Positions 16,156-25,553 of a stretch of DNA of 32,000 nt are shown piece after piece. Positions within the stretch are counted from its first letter, which is position 1. Every line of letters starts with the position of its first letter. The translations under genes and the position numbers were made by a program. The DNA comes from Ruminococcus albus 7 = DSM 20455 (GTDB lineage Bacteria > Bacillota > Clostridia > Oscillospirales > Ruminococcaceae): positions 570,001 through 602,000 of the forward strand of contig NC_014833.1 in the NCBI RefSeq assembly GCF_000179635.2, in the 5' to 3' direction. Below the pieces are notes generated by a model. That model saw only the letters and a program-made list of their open reading frames with translations. It was not told where the DNA came from and ran no database searches.

Positions 16156-18873
16156 CTATTCTCTGTTTTTAAGCACCTCGGCGGGGGTTATCCGCTTCAG
16201 CTTTCCTGTCAGCAAAGCAGTGCTGAAAAAGTATACCGCAAGCACTGCGACGTACAGTATCAGGTAAAGATATAGCGGAAAATCCAGCGCCATTGAGCAG
16301 GCAACATTCGGTATAAAACTCGGATAGATGCAGTCCATCAGGAATTTCGCCAGCGGTATGCATATCAGCCCGCCGACGGATACGATGAAAAGATTGCCGT
16401 TTAAGTACAGTCTGCGCACCTCTTTCGGGCAGTAGCCGAATATCTTCATAAGGGAGATACCAAAGGAACTGCGGTCTATCATCACGCCCATCATAAGGTA
16501 CATCACTACGACAAATATCACCGTTCCCGCGATCAGCAGAGTGTATACCAGCGGCTTCATCTGCTCTGTGAAAACGCCCGAACTCTTTTCGATATCAGCC
16601 GCGGTGGTGACGCTGTAAAGTCTGCCCGCATCGATATCAAGTTCATCTGCGGAATAGACAGCGTTGAAGTAGTCTTCGTCCTCGCCGAAAAGTTCACGCA
16701 TGGAGCCTATATCCATAAAGATCGTGAACCCCGGGGAATACTGCGCGATATCCGTCACGGTGAAAGTGTAGTCGCGGTCAGCCGCAGCATCGGTGAAAGT
16801 CACCCTGTCGCCGATATCATAGCCGAAACGCTGAACTAGGGAGTTGTTGATTACTGCCTTATTCACGCCCTTTTCAGGGTCAGCATCGAAGTACCTGCTG
16901 TTCTCGTTCAGACCGATCACCGTCACATCAAGGGTATGCCCCGTGGAGTCAGTGGAAAGTGTCTTGATGAAAGCGCTCTCTCCTCCTGTGGGGACTTCCT
17001 TTTCGGGATACTTATAGAGATACATATAGCCGTACTGTGTATCGGCTACGTTGTCATGCTTTACTGCCTGACACATCACCATACAGTCAAGACCCAGCAT
17101 CACCACCATCAGGGAGACCAGCATACCGAGGATAACCGTCACCGCCGAACGCAGTTCTCGCACCATCTGCCTTACACGGAACAGGGTCATAAAGTTTTTC
17201 GACCTGATATTGAATCTGCGGTAGTTTGAAGCGCTCTGTTCGTTTTTGATGAGGGAAAGTGCAGTCCTCGAAAGCTTGCTGTTTATCACAAGTGCATTAA
17301 CGATCGCCGAGATGATCGGTGGCAGTACAAGCCCGTACACAAGCAGATATGGCGCATAGCAGATATCGTACTGCGGCAGTGAGAAATAGCCATAGCTTGT
17401 CTGTAACCGCATACCGATGCCGACGGGTGAAAATCCAAGTGCTGTGCCGATTACTCCGCCGATGAATGCTATCAAAGTCGGAAGAGCTATGTAATGCCGC
17501 AGAAGGTCTTTTTTCTTAACACCCAGAGCGTACAGCGCACCGATGACAGGGGCTTCGCTCTCAACGCGGTGTACCACGAAAACAGATATCACGTAGCCGA
17601 AAAGGATAAGGACGATAACTCCCGCCGCAAGACCCGCGTTCTTGTCCATTATCACATCGTCTGCCGCGGCTTCTATGCGCTCGTTATCGCCGCGGGAAAC
17701 GAATGACACAAGGTTCCCGATGTCGATATCGAAAGCCGCATCAAGCAGTTCGTCAATTCCATCACGCAGTTCACGTGCGCCGCTGTTCAGTTCGGCTGAA
17801 CCCTCTTTTGCTTTGCCGACAGCGTCTGTGTACTCCGCAAGACCGTCACGGTAAGCGATTATACCCGAAATGCTGTCTTTCAGGTTTTTCAGTTCTTCTG
17901 ACTTTGATATCTTTATCAGCCTGTCAAGTTCTTCGGCGTAGTTTTCTTCCCTCAGTGTGACATTCATTCCTGCCGCTGACAGCTTTTCATTCGCCTGCGC
18001 AAAATAGGCATCAACAAGCTGCTGTGAAGCAGTTTTAAGTTCAGCACTGTGAGACTCCAGTTCGGTCATGCCGTCACTGAGTTCGGCAGTACCATCAGTC
18101 AGGGAGTTGACTCCGTCCTCTATCCTGCGTCTGTCGGAGAGGAGATCATCGATAGTTTCACGGAAATATTTATCCTCGACTTTCATATGATCAAGCTTGA
18201 CAGCGCGTATCTTCTCTTTCAGGTCATCATCGGTGACATCAGCCCCCAGCTTGTAGGCGTAGACATACTCCTCTGCGGTCAGACCGCCCTCGGCGCGGAT
18301 ATCCTCATAGCAATCATCCGTGACAAAAATAAGCCCGAAATACCGCGATTGCACAGCGGTATCGGAAAACTTTGCTTTCGGCTGATCGTAATCGGGCACA
18401 GTACCTATACCCGTGACCGTGAATCCATGTCCGCCCGCTGTTATGCTGTCCCCGATCTTCACGCCGTTTTCTGCGGCATAGCGCTTTTCGAGAATGCACT
18501 CCCCTGATTTTTCGGCAAGCCTGCCCTCATCGAGAATGATCTTATCGATATTTTCGCGGTTTTTGAACATTCTGAGCACGGTGTCCTCATCAACTGAAAG
18601 GTCGGTGTAGAACTCCGCCTGTATCTCGGTACCGCCCTCGGCAAGGGTATCGATCTCACTGTCGTTAAGGGGCAGAAACACTGTGAAGAAGCCGTCCTCG
18701 GTGTTGAATTCAGCCCGCTTTTCGACTGTGCCGTGCAGAACTGTTTCAGCAGAACCGACGATGCCCAGCACCAGAAAAATGCCCATGGCGATGACCAGTA
18801 TCAGGGCGGTATAACGCCCTATCCCTGCCCTGAGATCGCGGGGCAGACGCTTTTTAAGCACTCTGTTCATCAC
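16156..18873 (-). CDS. FtsX/MacB-type ABC transporter permease (905 aa, duplicated FtsX domains, large extracytoplasmic and coiled-coil region)
   Basis: It has an N-terminal TM segment (YTALILVIAMGIFLVLGIV), a long extracellular segment, two clusters of FtsX-type TM helices, and a 4-nt ATGA overlap with the upstream ATPase gene. Confidence 0.85.
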   Translation of the reverse strand: MMNRVLKKRLPRDLRAGIGRYTALILVIAMGIFLVLGIVGSAETVLHGTVEKRAEFNTEDGFFTVFLPLNDSEIDTLAEGGTEIQAEFYTDLSVDEDTVLRMFKNRENIDKIILDEGRLAEKSGECILEKRYAAENGVKIGDSITAGGHGFTVTGIGTVPDYDQPKAKFSDTAVQSRYFGLIFVTDDCYEDIRAEGGLTAEEYVYAYKLGADVTDDDLKEKIRAVKLDHMKVEDKYFRETIDDLLSDRRRIEDGVNSLTDGTAELSDGMTELESHSAELKTASQQLVDAYFAQANEKLSAAGMNVTLREENYAEELDRLIKISKSEELKNLKDSISGIIAYRDGLAEYTDAVGKAKEGSAELNSGARELRDGIDELLDAAFDIDIGNLVSFVSRGDNERIEAAADDVIMDKNAGLAAGVIVLILFGYVISVFVVHRVESEAPVIGALYALGVKKKDLLRHYIALPTLIAFIGGVIGTALGFSPVGIGMRLQTSYGYFSLPQYDICYAPYLLVYGLVLPPIISAIVNALVINSKLSRTALSLIKNEQSASNYRRFNIRSKNFMTLFRVRQMVRELRSAVTVILGMLVSLMVVMLGLDCMVMCQAVKHDNVADTQYGYMYLYKYPEKEVPTGGESAFIKTLSTDSTGHTLDVTVIGLNENSRYFDADPEKGVNKAVINNSLVQRFGYDIGDRVTFTDAAADRDYTFTVTDIAQYSPGFTIFMDIGSMRELFGEDEDYFNAVYSADELDIDAGRLYSVTTAADIEKSSGVFTEQMKPLVYTLLIAGTVIFVVVMYLMMGVMIDRSSFGISLMKIFGYCPKEVRRLYLNGNLFIVSVGGLICIPLAKFLMDCIYPSFIPNVACSMALDFPLYLYLILYVAVLAVYFFSTALLTGKLKRITPAEVLKNRE

Positions 18874-19571
18874 AAGTCCTCCAGTTCGGCGGCGGGAACT
18901 ATCTTTTCATTTTCGTAGTCCTTTATGATCTGACCGTCCTTGATAACGATGACCTTATGCACCATATTTTTTATGGAGTTATTGTGGGTGACTATCAGCA
19001 TTGTAGTGCCGTACTTTTTGTTTATCTTCTCAAGAAGTATCAGGATATCGCGGGAGGTCTTTGAATCAAGAGCGCCTGTAGGTTCGTCGCAAAGGAGAAG
19101 TTTCGGGTTTTTGATAAGGGCGCGGGCTATTGCACACCTCTGCTGCTGACCGCCCGAAAGCTGCGCGGGGAACTTGTTCTGATGTTCTGTCAGACCCAGA
19201 ACTTCCAGCAGTTCCTCCATATCAAGGGGAGAATCCGTCAGATATCCGCAGACCTGTATATTCTCTCTTACGGTGAGGTTAGGCACCAGATTATAGAACT
19301 GGAAAATAAATCCCAGATAGTCGCGGCGGTAGTCGGAAAGTTCAGCGGGGCGCAGACCGAATATCTCCTTGCCGTCTACCCTGACCGACCCCGAATCCAT
19401 AGTATCAAGTCCGCCGATGCAGTTGAGAAGCGTCGATTTTCCCGAACCGCTTGTACCCTGTATAACGCACATCTGCCCCTTTTCAACGGCGGTGCTGACA
19501 CCTTTCAGCACCTGAATATAGCTTGTGTCTTTGCCGTAGCTTTTCTTGACATCTTGTATCTCTAAAAACAT
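18870..19571 (-). CDS. ABC transporter ATP-binding protein (MacB/LolD-type)
   Basis: Walker A GTSGSGKST, signature LSGGQQQR, Walker B LLLCDEPTGALD, H-loop VTHN. Confidence 0.92.
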   Translation of the reverse strand: MFLEIQDVKKSYGKDTSYIQVLKGVSTAVEKGQMCVIQGTSGSGKSTLLNCIGGLDTMDSGSVRVDGKEIFGLRPAELSDYRRDYLGFIFQFYNLVPNLTVRENIQVCGYLTDSPLDMEELLEVLGLTEHQNKFPAQLSGGQQQRCAIARALIKNPKLLLCDEPTGALDSKTSRDILILLEKINKKYGTTMLIVTHNNSIKNMVHKVIVIKDGQIIKDYENEKIVPAAELEDL

Positions 19572-19649
19572 TTTTGTTTCCCCTTTCTAAGGTTAGAATA
19601 AGCTAACTAAAGTATATGATATAATGCGGGATAACCGCAGAATATCACG

Positions 19650-20279
19650 TCACACATCGTCTTCCAATGAATACTCCATCCACGCTTTTATCAGCAGATC
19701 CATAACGGGCTTTATGAAATGCAGAGCGCTGTCTCTGTTTTTTTCGTGCTGCATCATATGTATGAAAGCGTTTATCTGCACATGGGTCAGCCAGTGGAGC
19801 ATTTTTCTGTTGACCCGCTTGTTCGGCACGCAGGCGGCGTACTTTTCCGCAAGGGCGATATATGAGCTGTCCAGCTTATCGATAATGCCGTCAACGAATC
19901 TTTCGTACTTTGACCCTGCCGAACGGTCGAGGAGTATCGTCATCTCATCGTAGTGGTCATAGATGACATTTACGAGGGCTTCGCTGAAATCATCGTGGTC
20001 GCCGCTGTGATGCTCATATGTCAGCAGGTCGGCTTCTATATCGCGGGCGAAGTGGTTTTCAAGCACTGCATTCAGCCGAGCCAGTGCTTCACCCACCACG
20101 CCCTCAAACAATCCGTTTTTGTCTCCAAAAAAGAAGTATACAGCACCCGTAGTCAGCCCCGCCTCCGAGGATATTTTTCTGAGAGAAGCCTTCGTAAAGC
20201 CCTTTTCAAGGAACTCTCTTTTTGCGCACTCTACAAGCTTTTCGCGGCTCTCTTTATTATCTGTGATCTTTTCCGACAT
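19650..20279 (-). CDS. TetR/AcrR-family transcriptional repressor
   Basis: The N-terminal TetR HTH is KLVECAKREFLEKGFTKASLRKISSEAGLTTGAVYFFFGDKNGLF. It is the first gene of the tetR-ABC operon, and a GGAGG RBS is present. Confidence 0.88.
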   Translation of the reverse strand: MSEKITDNKESREKLVECAKREFLEKGFTKASLRKISSEAGLTTGAVYFFFGDKNGLFEGVVGEALARLNAVLENHFARDIEADLLTYEHHSGDHDDFSEALVNVIYDHYDEMTILLDRSAGSKYERFVDGIIDKLDSSYIALAEKYAACVPNKRVNRKMLHWLTHVQINAFIHMMQHEKNRDSALHFIKPVMDLLIKAWMEYSLEDDV

Positions 20280-20296
20280 GGTGTGTCCTCCTCTTG

Positions 20297-20349
20297 ATAA
20301 CAGTGTTACGTAACACTGTTATTTTAACTCATATTTGTTAGTTTGTCAA
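20297..20349 (-). promoter_or_regulatory. Promoter of the tetR-ABC operon with an overlapping perfect 26-bp palindromic operator
   Basis: On the minus strand: TTGACA (20349-20344), a 17-nt spacer, then TAAAAT (20326-20321). The palindrome ATAACAGTGTTAC|GTAACACTGTTAT (20297-20322) runs from the -10 region (2-nt overlap) across the expected transcription start. Confidence 0.7.
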
Positions 20350-20567
20350 GTTGGATCGGGGAGATTTGGTTATTTTGACTAAAATTATTTCGACGGTATG
20401 TGGCGGACGGAGTGGGGCTGGCCGATGGTTTTGTTTTGTGGGCATCGGTTTGCGAGTTCTGCAACAAAATCCTATCTCCAGCTCTCCGAGCTTACCAAAC
20501 GGCTATCGTTTTTCCTTTCTGAAATATGGTTATTAACCATTATATCATATTTCCGAATAAATTAAAA

Positions 20568-20615
20568 GACGGTATTCTCCCGGACACAAGGTCTGGAAGA
20601 TACCGTTTTGTTTTT
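20568..20615 (+). terminator. Orphan two-tier hairpin plus T tract (terminator-like) with no upstream gene
   Basis: The outer stem is acggtat / ataccgt, the inner stem is ccggac / gtctgg, and TTTTGTTTTT follows. The only upstream plus-strand ORF (20351-20536) looks non-coding. Confidence 0.5.
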
Positions 20616-20652
20616 GGTTTATCGCTGTTGTTTTTTCAGGAGCATTCTGCCC

Positions 20653-20771
20653 TGACAAATATAGTGGTCATCTTGACAAAATAGAGTGTCTGCACCTTGA
20701 CAGAACGAGTGCCTGCGTGACAAGATACGTTCACTTCTGGATGACAAATAAGGGGAGTGGTAATATTGACT
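20653..20771 (+). repeat. Six phased TGAC-core direct repeats: five TGACA(A/G)(A/G) copies at 20-25 bp spacing, with the sixth (TGACTT) lying in the -35 of the downstream promoter
   Basis: TGACAAA at 20653, TGACAAA at 20674, TGACAGA at 20698, TGACAAG at 20718, TGACAAA at 20742 and TTGACT at 20766. Several copies extend to TGACAAAWAKAGTG. Confidence 0.55.
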
Positions 20772-20795
20772 TTTATCGTTCTTTTGTGTTATAAT
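20766..20795 (+). promoter_or_regulatory. Promoter of the 80-aa membrane peptide gene
   Basis: TTGACT (20766-20771), an 18-nt spacer, and an extended -10 TGTTATAAT (20787-20795). An AAAGGAGG RBS follows at 20819-20826. Confidence 0.6.
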
Positions 20796-20836
20796 GTATA
20801 AAATCAAAAAGAACAGTAAAAAGGAGGTAAACTATC

Positions 20837-21079
20837 ATGTTGACGATCATATTTAATATTCCGGTGTTAATAGGCGTGTTCATTGTTGCTCTTTTCTTTT
20901 TTGCAGCAAGTAAAAGTAAAGCCATTAAGGTTGTGTCAGCAATCGTCATGGTGCTTACGGCTGCATCGATTTTAAGACTTCTGGTATTTACGCTTTCGAT
21001 GATTATAAGAGTTCTTTTGCCATTAATCATTATCATAGGTATCATATATGCAATTTATACTATAAAGAAAAAGAAGTGA
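20837..21079 (+). CDS. Small hydrophobic membrane protein, 80 aa (three predicted TM helices, KKKK tail)
   Basis: Strong RBS, own promoter and own terminator. The sequence MLTIIFNIPVLIGVFIVALFFFAAS...LLPLIIIIGIIYAIYTIKKKK is almost entirely hydrophobic. Confidence 0.65.
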   Translation: MLTIIFNIPVLIGVFIVALFFFAASKSKAIKVVSAIVMVLTAASILRLLVFTLSMIIRVLLPLIIIIGIIYAIYTIKKKK

Positions 21080-21085
21080 AATTCA

Positions 21086-21116
21086 AAAGGCAAGTTTGCA
21101 GCTTGCCTTTTTTATT
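21086..21116 (+). terminator. Rho-independent terminator of the membrane peptide gene
   Basis: aaggcaag-tttgcag-cttgcctt followed by a T run, immediately after the stop codon. Confidence 0.7.
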
Positions 21117-21978
21117 TTTACGGATAGTTTATCGTTGCCGTAGTATGACATCACCAAATCGATTGTTTATGGACATAAAAACAAGACCATGTATGAAAAA
21201 AATTTCTACATGGTCTTGCTTTTTGGTAAGGAAAGTCTTTCCGAGTGTGGATTTTTTATCGAATACTAAAATACAATATGTTATTTATTAACTTTGATAT
21301 TTAGATATAAAATATTATATATTGTATTTTATAAATATGCTGTGTATTGCTTTTTATATGTATTATATCTCATGCTTATTATCATGCAGATCGTTTGGTG
21401 CATGAAAGAATATTAAAACGAAAATACAGCCGCCGGGCAAAGAAAATATAAAACATAGATGCAGCTCTGCTCTCTTGTAAGGTGTCTAAAAATTAGACAG
21501 TAAAAAATCCTATCGTTTCATCCTACCTTCATTACATTTTTCCGTCATACTTCAAAATCAACCACCCACGAATACATTTCTCTAATACTCCGTTATTTTT
21601 CTGTATAAAAGAAAAGACCCCGCATAACGCTGAACCATAGGAGGCTCTTTTGTCATTGTAAGTTTTTACTGGCACGGTTCAAAAGATTGGTCGCTTTTGT
21701 TATGAAGCATTGAATCTATATTCATAAGGAGATAAATCATCAAGGAAAAGTTCCGCTCCGCAAATCGGCAAACTTGCATTTTTTAGTCATTTTACAGGTC
21801 TGATTAAGATCAACAATATCATATTTTTTTCAGTTCTTTATACGAGCAAAACTATTCGGATATCGGATTTTCCTAGAATCAATACTCAAAAAGAACAATT
21901 GGACAGATAAAGATTTATATGATAAAATAAAAAACATGGTAAATTGATCTGAAAACAAGGAAAGGGCTGAATTGAAAA

Positions 21979-23043
21979 ATGAAAAGATCAAAAGCATTAT
22001 TGGCATCGCTGCTGTTAGTTTTTTCATTAACAGGCTGTGCGGGAAAAAATGCATCGGCAGTTAGTTCACAAGAAAATGCTGATTCTTTGAAAATAGGCTA
22101 CCTGCCGTCCCCGGGGCATCTTCTCTATTTTGTTGCACAGGAGGAGGGCTTATTCAAAGATGAAGGGCTGAACACAGAGCTTGTTATGTTCGGTGAGAAC
22201 AATAGTGAACTTGCAGCTCTTGAATCAGGGAAGATAGACGTTGGTGCGTTTGGTTCAAGCGAACTAGTAACATATCTCGGTGACGGACATGAAATAACCG
22301 TGTTCGGCGGTGCTATGATCGCAGGTCACGGACTTATCGTCAAGCCTGAGTTAGTTGAGGGGATACCAGAGGAGGATTGGTCTCTGGATCTTCTTAAGGG
22401 CAAAAATATAGGCGTTGAGGGTGTTGACTCTGGATATATCGTTTATCGTTCGGCTGCAAAAAAACTGGGGCTTGAAGATTCAATAGAATTCAGTATATTT
22501 GCTGACGGAGCGGATGCTTACAATTCTCTGAAAAACGATGATATTGATGCGGCTATACTTTACGCACCTTACCGTATCCTTGCAGAGGACGAGGGCTATG
22601 TCATTCTTTCAAACAGCGGTACAGTATCAGGCTTTGAAGATCATGTCTGCTGCCGACAAGCTTCACTTACATCTTCACTTGAGAAAGATCCGGATACTTA
22701 TGAAGCATTCCTTCGTGCGCTTATCCGTGCATACCATTTTTATAAGACAGAACCCGACAAGACTATCAAGGATGTTCAGAAATATGTAGATGTGGATGAA
22801 GGATCACTCAGAAAAGACACATATGATTATGACAGCCAGATAGCAAATCCTGATCCTGATATCACAGGTATGACGAATTTTTATGATGCGCTTGTAGATA
22901 CCGGCTTTGTAAATGAGTTTGATATATCACATGGACTTTCCGCCGAGCTTTATGACAAGGCACTGAACGCTGTTGCTGCAGAAGATCCCGACGATGAGGT
23001 GTATAAATATCTTCTTGATTATCATAAGGAGAGAGACAAATGA
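21979..23043 (+). CDS. ABC transporter substrate-binding lipoprotein, NMT1/THI5-SsuA family (sulfonate/nitrate/taurine-type)
   Basis: The lipoprotein signal is MKRSKALLASLLLVFSLTGC (lipobox LTGC). The mature domain begins SLKIGYLPSPGHLLYFVAQEEGLFKDEGL, which is typical of the NMT1/SsuA periplasmic binding fold. Confidence 0.8.
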   Translation: MKRSKALLASLLLVFSLTGCAGKNASAVSSQENADSLKIGYLPSPGHLLYFVAQEEGLFKDEGLNTELVMFGENNSELAALESGKIDVGAFGSSELVTYLGDGHEITVFGGAMIAGHGLIVKPELVEGIPEEDWSLDLLKGKNIGVEGVDSGYIVYRSAAKKLGLEDSIEFSIFADGADAYNSLKNDDIDAAILYAPYRILAEDEGYVILSNSGTVSGFEDHVCCRQASLTSSLEKDPDTYEAFLRALIRAYHFYKTEPDKTIKDVQKYVDVDEGSLRKDTYDYDSQIANPDPDITGMTNFYDALVDTGFVNEFDISHGLSAELYDKALNAVAAEDPDDEVYKYLLDYHKERDK

Positions 23044-23960
23044 AAAGGGTCAAACGACTGCTCTCAGTGACACATATTTTATTTCTTGCCGCATTATTTA
23101 TACAATTTATGCCTTCACATACCAAAAAAATTGGAGATCCTAAATATTCTGCGGGATTGCTTTTGATATTGGAGATCGCTTATATCATACTTATCTTATT
23201 AAGGAGAAAGCAGGACAGAATTAAAACAACAAACGGTGTTTTTGGTGTGATATTTTCATTTATCGGGATATGGACGCTGCTTACTGCGAAATTTGTGCTT
23301 ATTCCGCAGGACATATTCAAGGCTCCCGATGTCGTGACCGAACAGTTTGTCAGCGATCTTCCTCGGTTAATGAATGATCTGGCTGTAAGTATGATAACGA
23401 TAACAACAGGATACGTACTTGCACTTATAACTGCGATACCGATAGGCTTATTCCTCGGCTGGAACGCACAGGTAGGTAAAGTAGGTGAGCAGATCGCTAA
23501 TTTTCTAGGCTCCATCCCACCTATCGTGTTTATTCCCTATACACTAGCTCTTCTGCCCACATTCAAAAGCTGCTCTATATTTGTTATTTTTATTACAGCT
23601 TTCTTTCCAATATTATCAGGAACGATGAGTGGAGTACAGAACATAAACAAAACTACTATTGAAAGTGCAAAGATATTCTGCCCGTCAAAAACGTATATGC
23701 TTTACAGTGTTCTGCTGCCTGCTTCGTTGCCGCAGATATTTGACGGCTGTAATATGGGATTGCTCCTGTCTTTTATCCTTCTCACTTCGGCAGAAATGAT
23801 AGGCGGAAACAGTGGTATCGGATTCTATATCCAGTACTACACCAATTTCGGAAATTTTACAAGAATAATGGTCGGTATCGTTTTTCTCGGAACGATCGTA
23901 ACTTTAGTCACTAATCTGGTGAAAGCAATTGAAGCGCGATTTCTGCGCTGGAAAAATTAG
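23040..23960 (+). CDS. ABC transporter permease (SsuC/TauC-like BPD_transp_1 family)
   Basis: There is an ATGA overlap with the binding-protein gene. It has about 7 TM helices and an EAA-type loop IESAKIFCPSKTYMLYSVLLPASLPQIFDG. Confidence 0.85.
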   Translation: MKRVKRLLSVTHILFLAALFIQFMPSHTKKIGDPKYSAGLLLILEIAYIILILLRRKQDRIKTTNGVFGVIFSFIGIWTLLTAKFVLIPQDIFKAPDVVTEQFVSDLPRLMNDLAVSMITITTGYVLALITAIPIGLFLGWNAQVGKVGEQIANFLGSIPPIVFIPYTLALLPTFKSCSIFVIFITAFFPILSGTMSGVQNINKTTIESAKIFCPSKTYMLYSVLLPASLPQIFDGCNMGLLLSFILLTSAEMIGGNSGIGFYIQYYTNFGNFTRIMVGIVFLGTIVTLVTNLVKAIEARFLRWKN

Positions 23961-23984
23961 TGATATTCAAAGGGAGAAAAAACT

Positions 23985-25553
23985 ATGGCTAAAAATATAC
24001 AACTTGATCTTGAAACAGTTCAGAACCGTGAAATGCGTCTTGGTTCGATAATATCATGGGACGGAAAAGCATCTGAACTTGTTGAACTGTCTCGTTATGA
24101 GGAACGTGCGCTCAGACATAAGGGAGAATGTCCTGGTGCAGGAAAAAACGGCGAAGGATGCCGTTTATGTGAACTTAATATGCCCTTTAACCAACAGAGT
24201 ATGTGTGCAAACTCCATAGCAGCCTGCCAGGCAGGTAATATCCGTGACTGCGTACTTATTCAGCATTCACCTGTGGGCTGTACAGCCAGAAATCCGGAAT
24301 TTAATCTTGCATTTCGCAATGGTCTGGAACGCCGCGGCATAGAACCTCGAAATATAAACATCATGACTACCAACCTTCTTGAAAATGACATGGTATTCGG
24401 TGCATCTGAAAAGCTGAAAAGAGCAGCAAGAGAAGCTTTTGAACGCTATAACCCAAAGGCTATATTCTTCTCTATGAGCTGTTCCACTGCGATAATAGGT
24501 GAAGACCTCAGCAGTATCGCAGCTGAGATGGAAGACGAACTTGGGATACCTGTTGCACCTATGCAGTGCGAAGGATTCCGTTCAAAGCACTGGTCAACAG
24601 GATTTGATATCTCACAGCACGCTGTCCTGAGACATATTGTAAATAAGAATCCGAAAAAGCAGCCAGATCTTATTAATATCGTCGCACTTTGGGGTACGGA
24701 TTATTTTACCGATATGCTCAAACCACTTGGGCTGAGAGTAAACTATATCATGGATATAGCAAGTTTTGACGAGCTTGCACAGACATCTGAAGCGGCTTGT
24801 ACTTCAACATTCTGTCATACTCTCGGTTCTTATTTTGCAACCGCTCTTGAAGAGGCTTATGGTGTACCACAGATAAGAGCTCCTCAGCCATACGGTTTTG
24901 CAGGTACGGATGCATGGCTTCGTGCTATCGCAAAGCAGGTAGGAAAAGAGAAAGAAGCAGAAGAGTATATCGCTGCCGAGCATGAACGTGTACGACCCAA
25001 AATAGAGGAACTGAAAGAAAAGCTTAAAGGCGTCAACGGTTTTGTGCTGACAGGTTCTTCTTATGCACATGGTCTTATATCTGTACTTCGTGATCTTGGT
25101 GTAACAGTTGATGGTTCTGTCGTATTCCATCATGATCCTGTATACGATGGAGGTTATGAAGAGCAGAACACACTGAAGACCCTTGTAGATAACTATGGTG
25201 ATATACCTCACTTTACAGTCAGCAAATGTCAGCCCTTCCAGCTCCCTGCACTTCTCAGCCGAGTGAAAGCAGATTTCATTATCATTCGTCACAACGGACT
25301 TGCTCCAAACGCCGCAAGAATGGGAATACCCTCTTTTGCCATAGGTGATGAACATTTCCCCGTAGGTTATGATGGTATGATACGTGTAGGTGAGGCAGTA
25401 CTTGACGTTCTTGCACGTAAAAAGATGAATCAGGTACTAAAGAGACACGTTGGGCTGCCATATAGTGACTGGTGGCTAAGTCAGAAGGATCCGTTTATTC
25501 TTGCAAAGCACCCCGAGGTGCTCGATGAAACTACTAAGGAGGTGCAGGACTAA
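23985..25553 (+). CDS. Nitrogenase component-1 alpha-like subunit (NifD/NifE-like, Oxidored_nitro family)
   Basis: By-eye alignment to A. vinelandii NifD: MCANS...HSPVGC (GCAYAG...HGPVGC), SCSTAIIGEDL (ECPIGLIGDDI), CEGFRS (CEGFRG), FCHTLGSYFATALEEAYGVPQ ([21 protein letters not shown]), GIPSFAIGDEHFPVGYDG ([21 protein letters not shown]). Confidence 0.85.
   Translation: MAKNIQLDLETVQNREMRLGSIISWDGKASELVELSRYEERALRHKGECPGAGKNGEGCRLCELNMPFNQQSMCANSIAACQAGNIRDCVLIQHSPVGCTARNPEFNLAFRNGLERRGIEPRNINIMTTNLLENDMVFGASEKLKRAAREAFERYNPKAIFFSMSCSTAIIGEDLSSIAAEMEDELGIPVAPMQCEGFRSKHWSTGFDISQHAVLRHIVNKNPKKQPDLINIVALWGTDYFTDMLKPLGLRVNYIMDIASFDELAQTSEAACTSTFCHTLGSYFATALEEAYGVPQIRAPQPYGFAGTDAWLRAIAKQVGKEKEAEEYIAAEHERVRPKIEELKEKLKGVNGFVLTGSSYAHGLISVLRDLGVTVDGSVVFHHDPVYDGGYEEQNTLKTLVDNYGDIPHFTVSKCQPFQLPALLSRVKADFIIIRHNGLAPNAARMGIPSFAIGDEHFPVGYDGMIRVGEAVLDVLARKKMNQVLKRHVGLPYSDWWLSQKDPFILAKHPEVLDETTKEVQD

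Noticed and set aside
19626-19636. 11-mer gcgggataacc, identical to the MITE right terminus, in the tetR-ABC intergenic spacer as a possible solo inverted repeat
   Set aside because: The match does not extend into the ggtgtgt part of the repeat. It forms only a small 5-bp hairpin (tgcgg-gataa-ccgca). It is too short to call an IS remnant, so I leave it as unresolved coincidence.
20351-20536. 61-aa ORF between the tetR promoter and the orphan terminator; also 21076-21291 (71 aa)
   Set aside because: Neither has an RBS, both have odd Gly/Arg/Cys-rich or terminator-spanning sequence, and 21076-21291 reads through the peptide-gene terminator hairpin. The 20330-20615 interval could instead be a non-coding transcript, but I saw no known RNA motif.
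21292-21978. SAM (S-box), T-box, TPP or cobalamin riboswitch upstream of the transporter/nif-like operon
   Set aside because: I could not find the conserved cores of these families by eye on either strand. Absence by inspection is weak evidence, and an Infernal scan is required.
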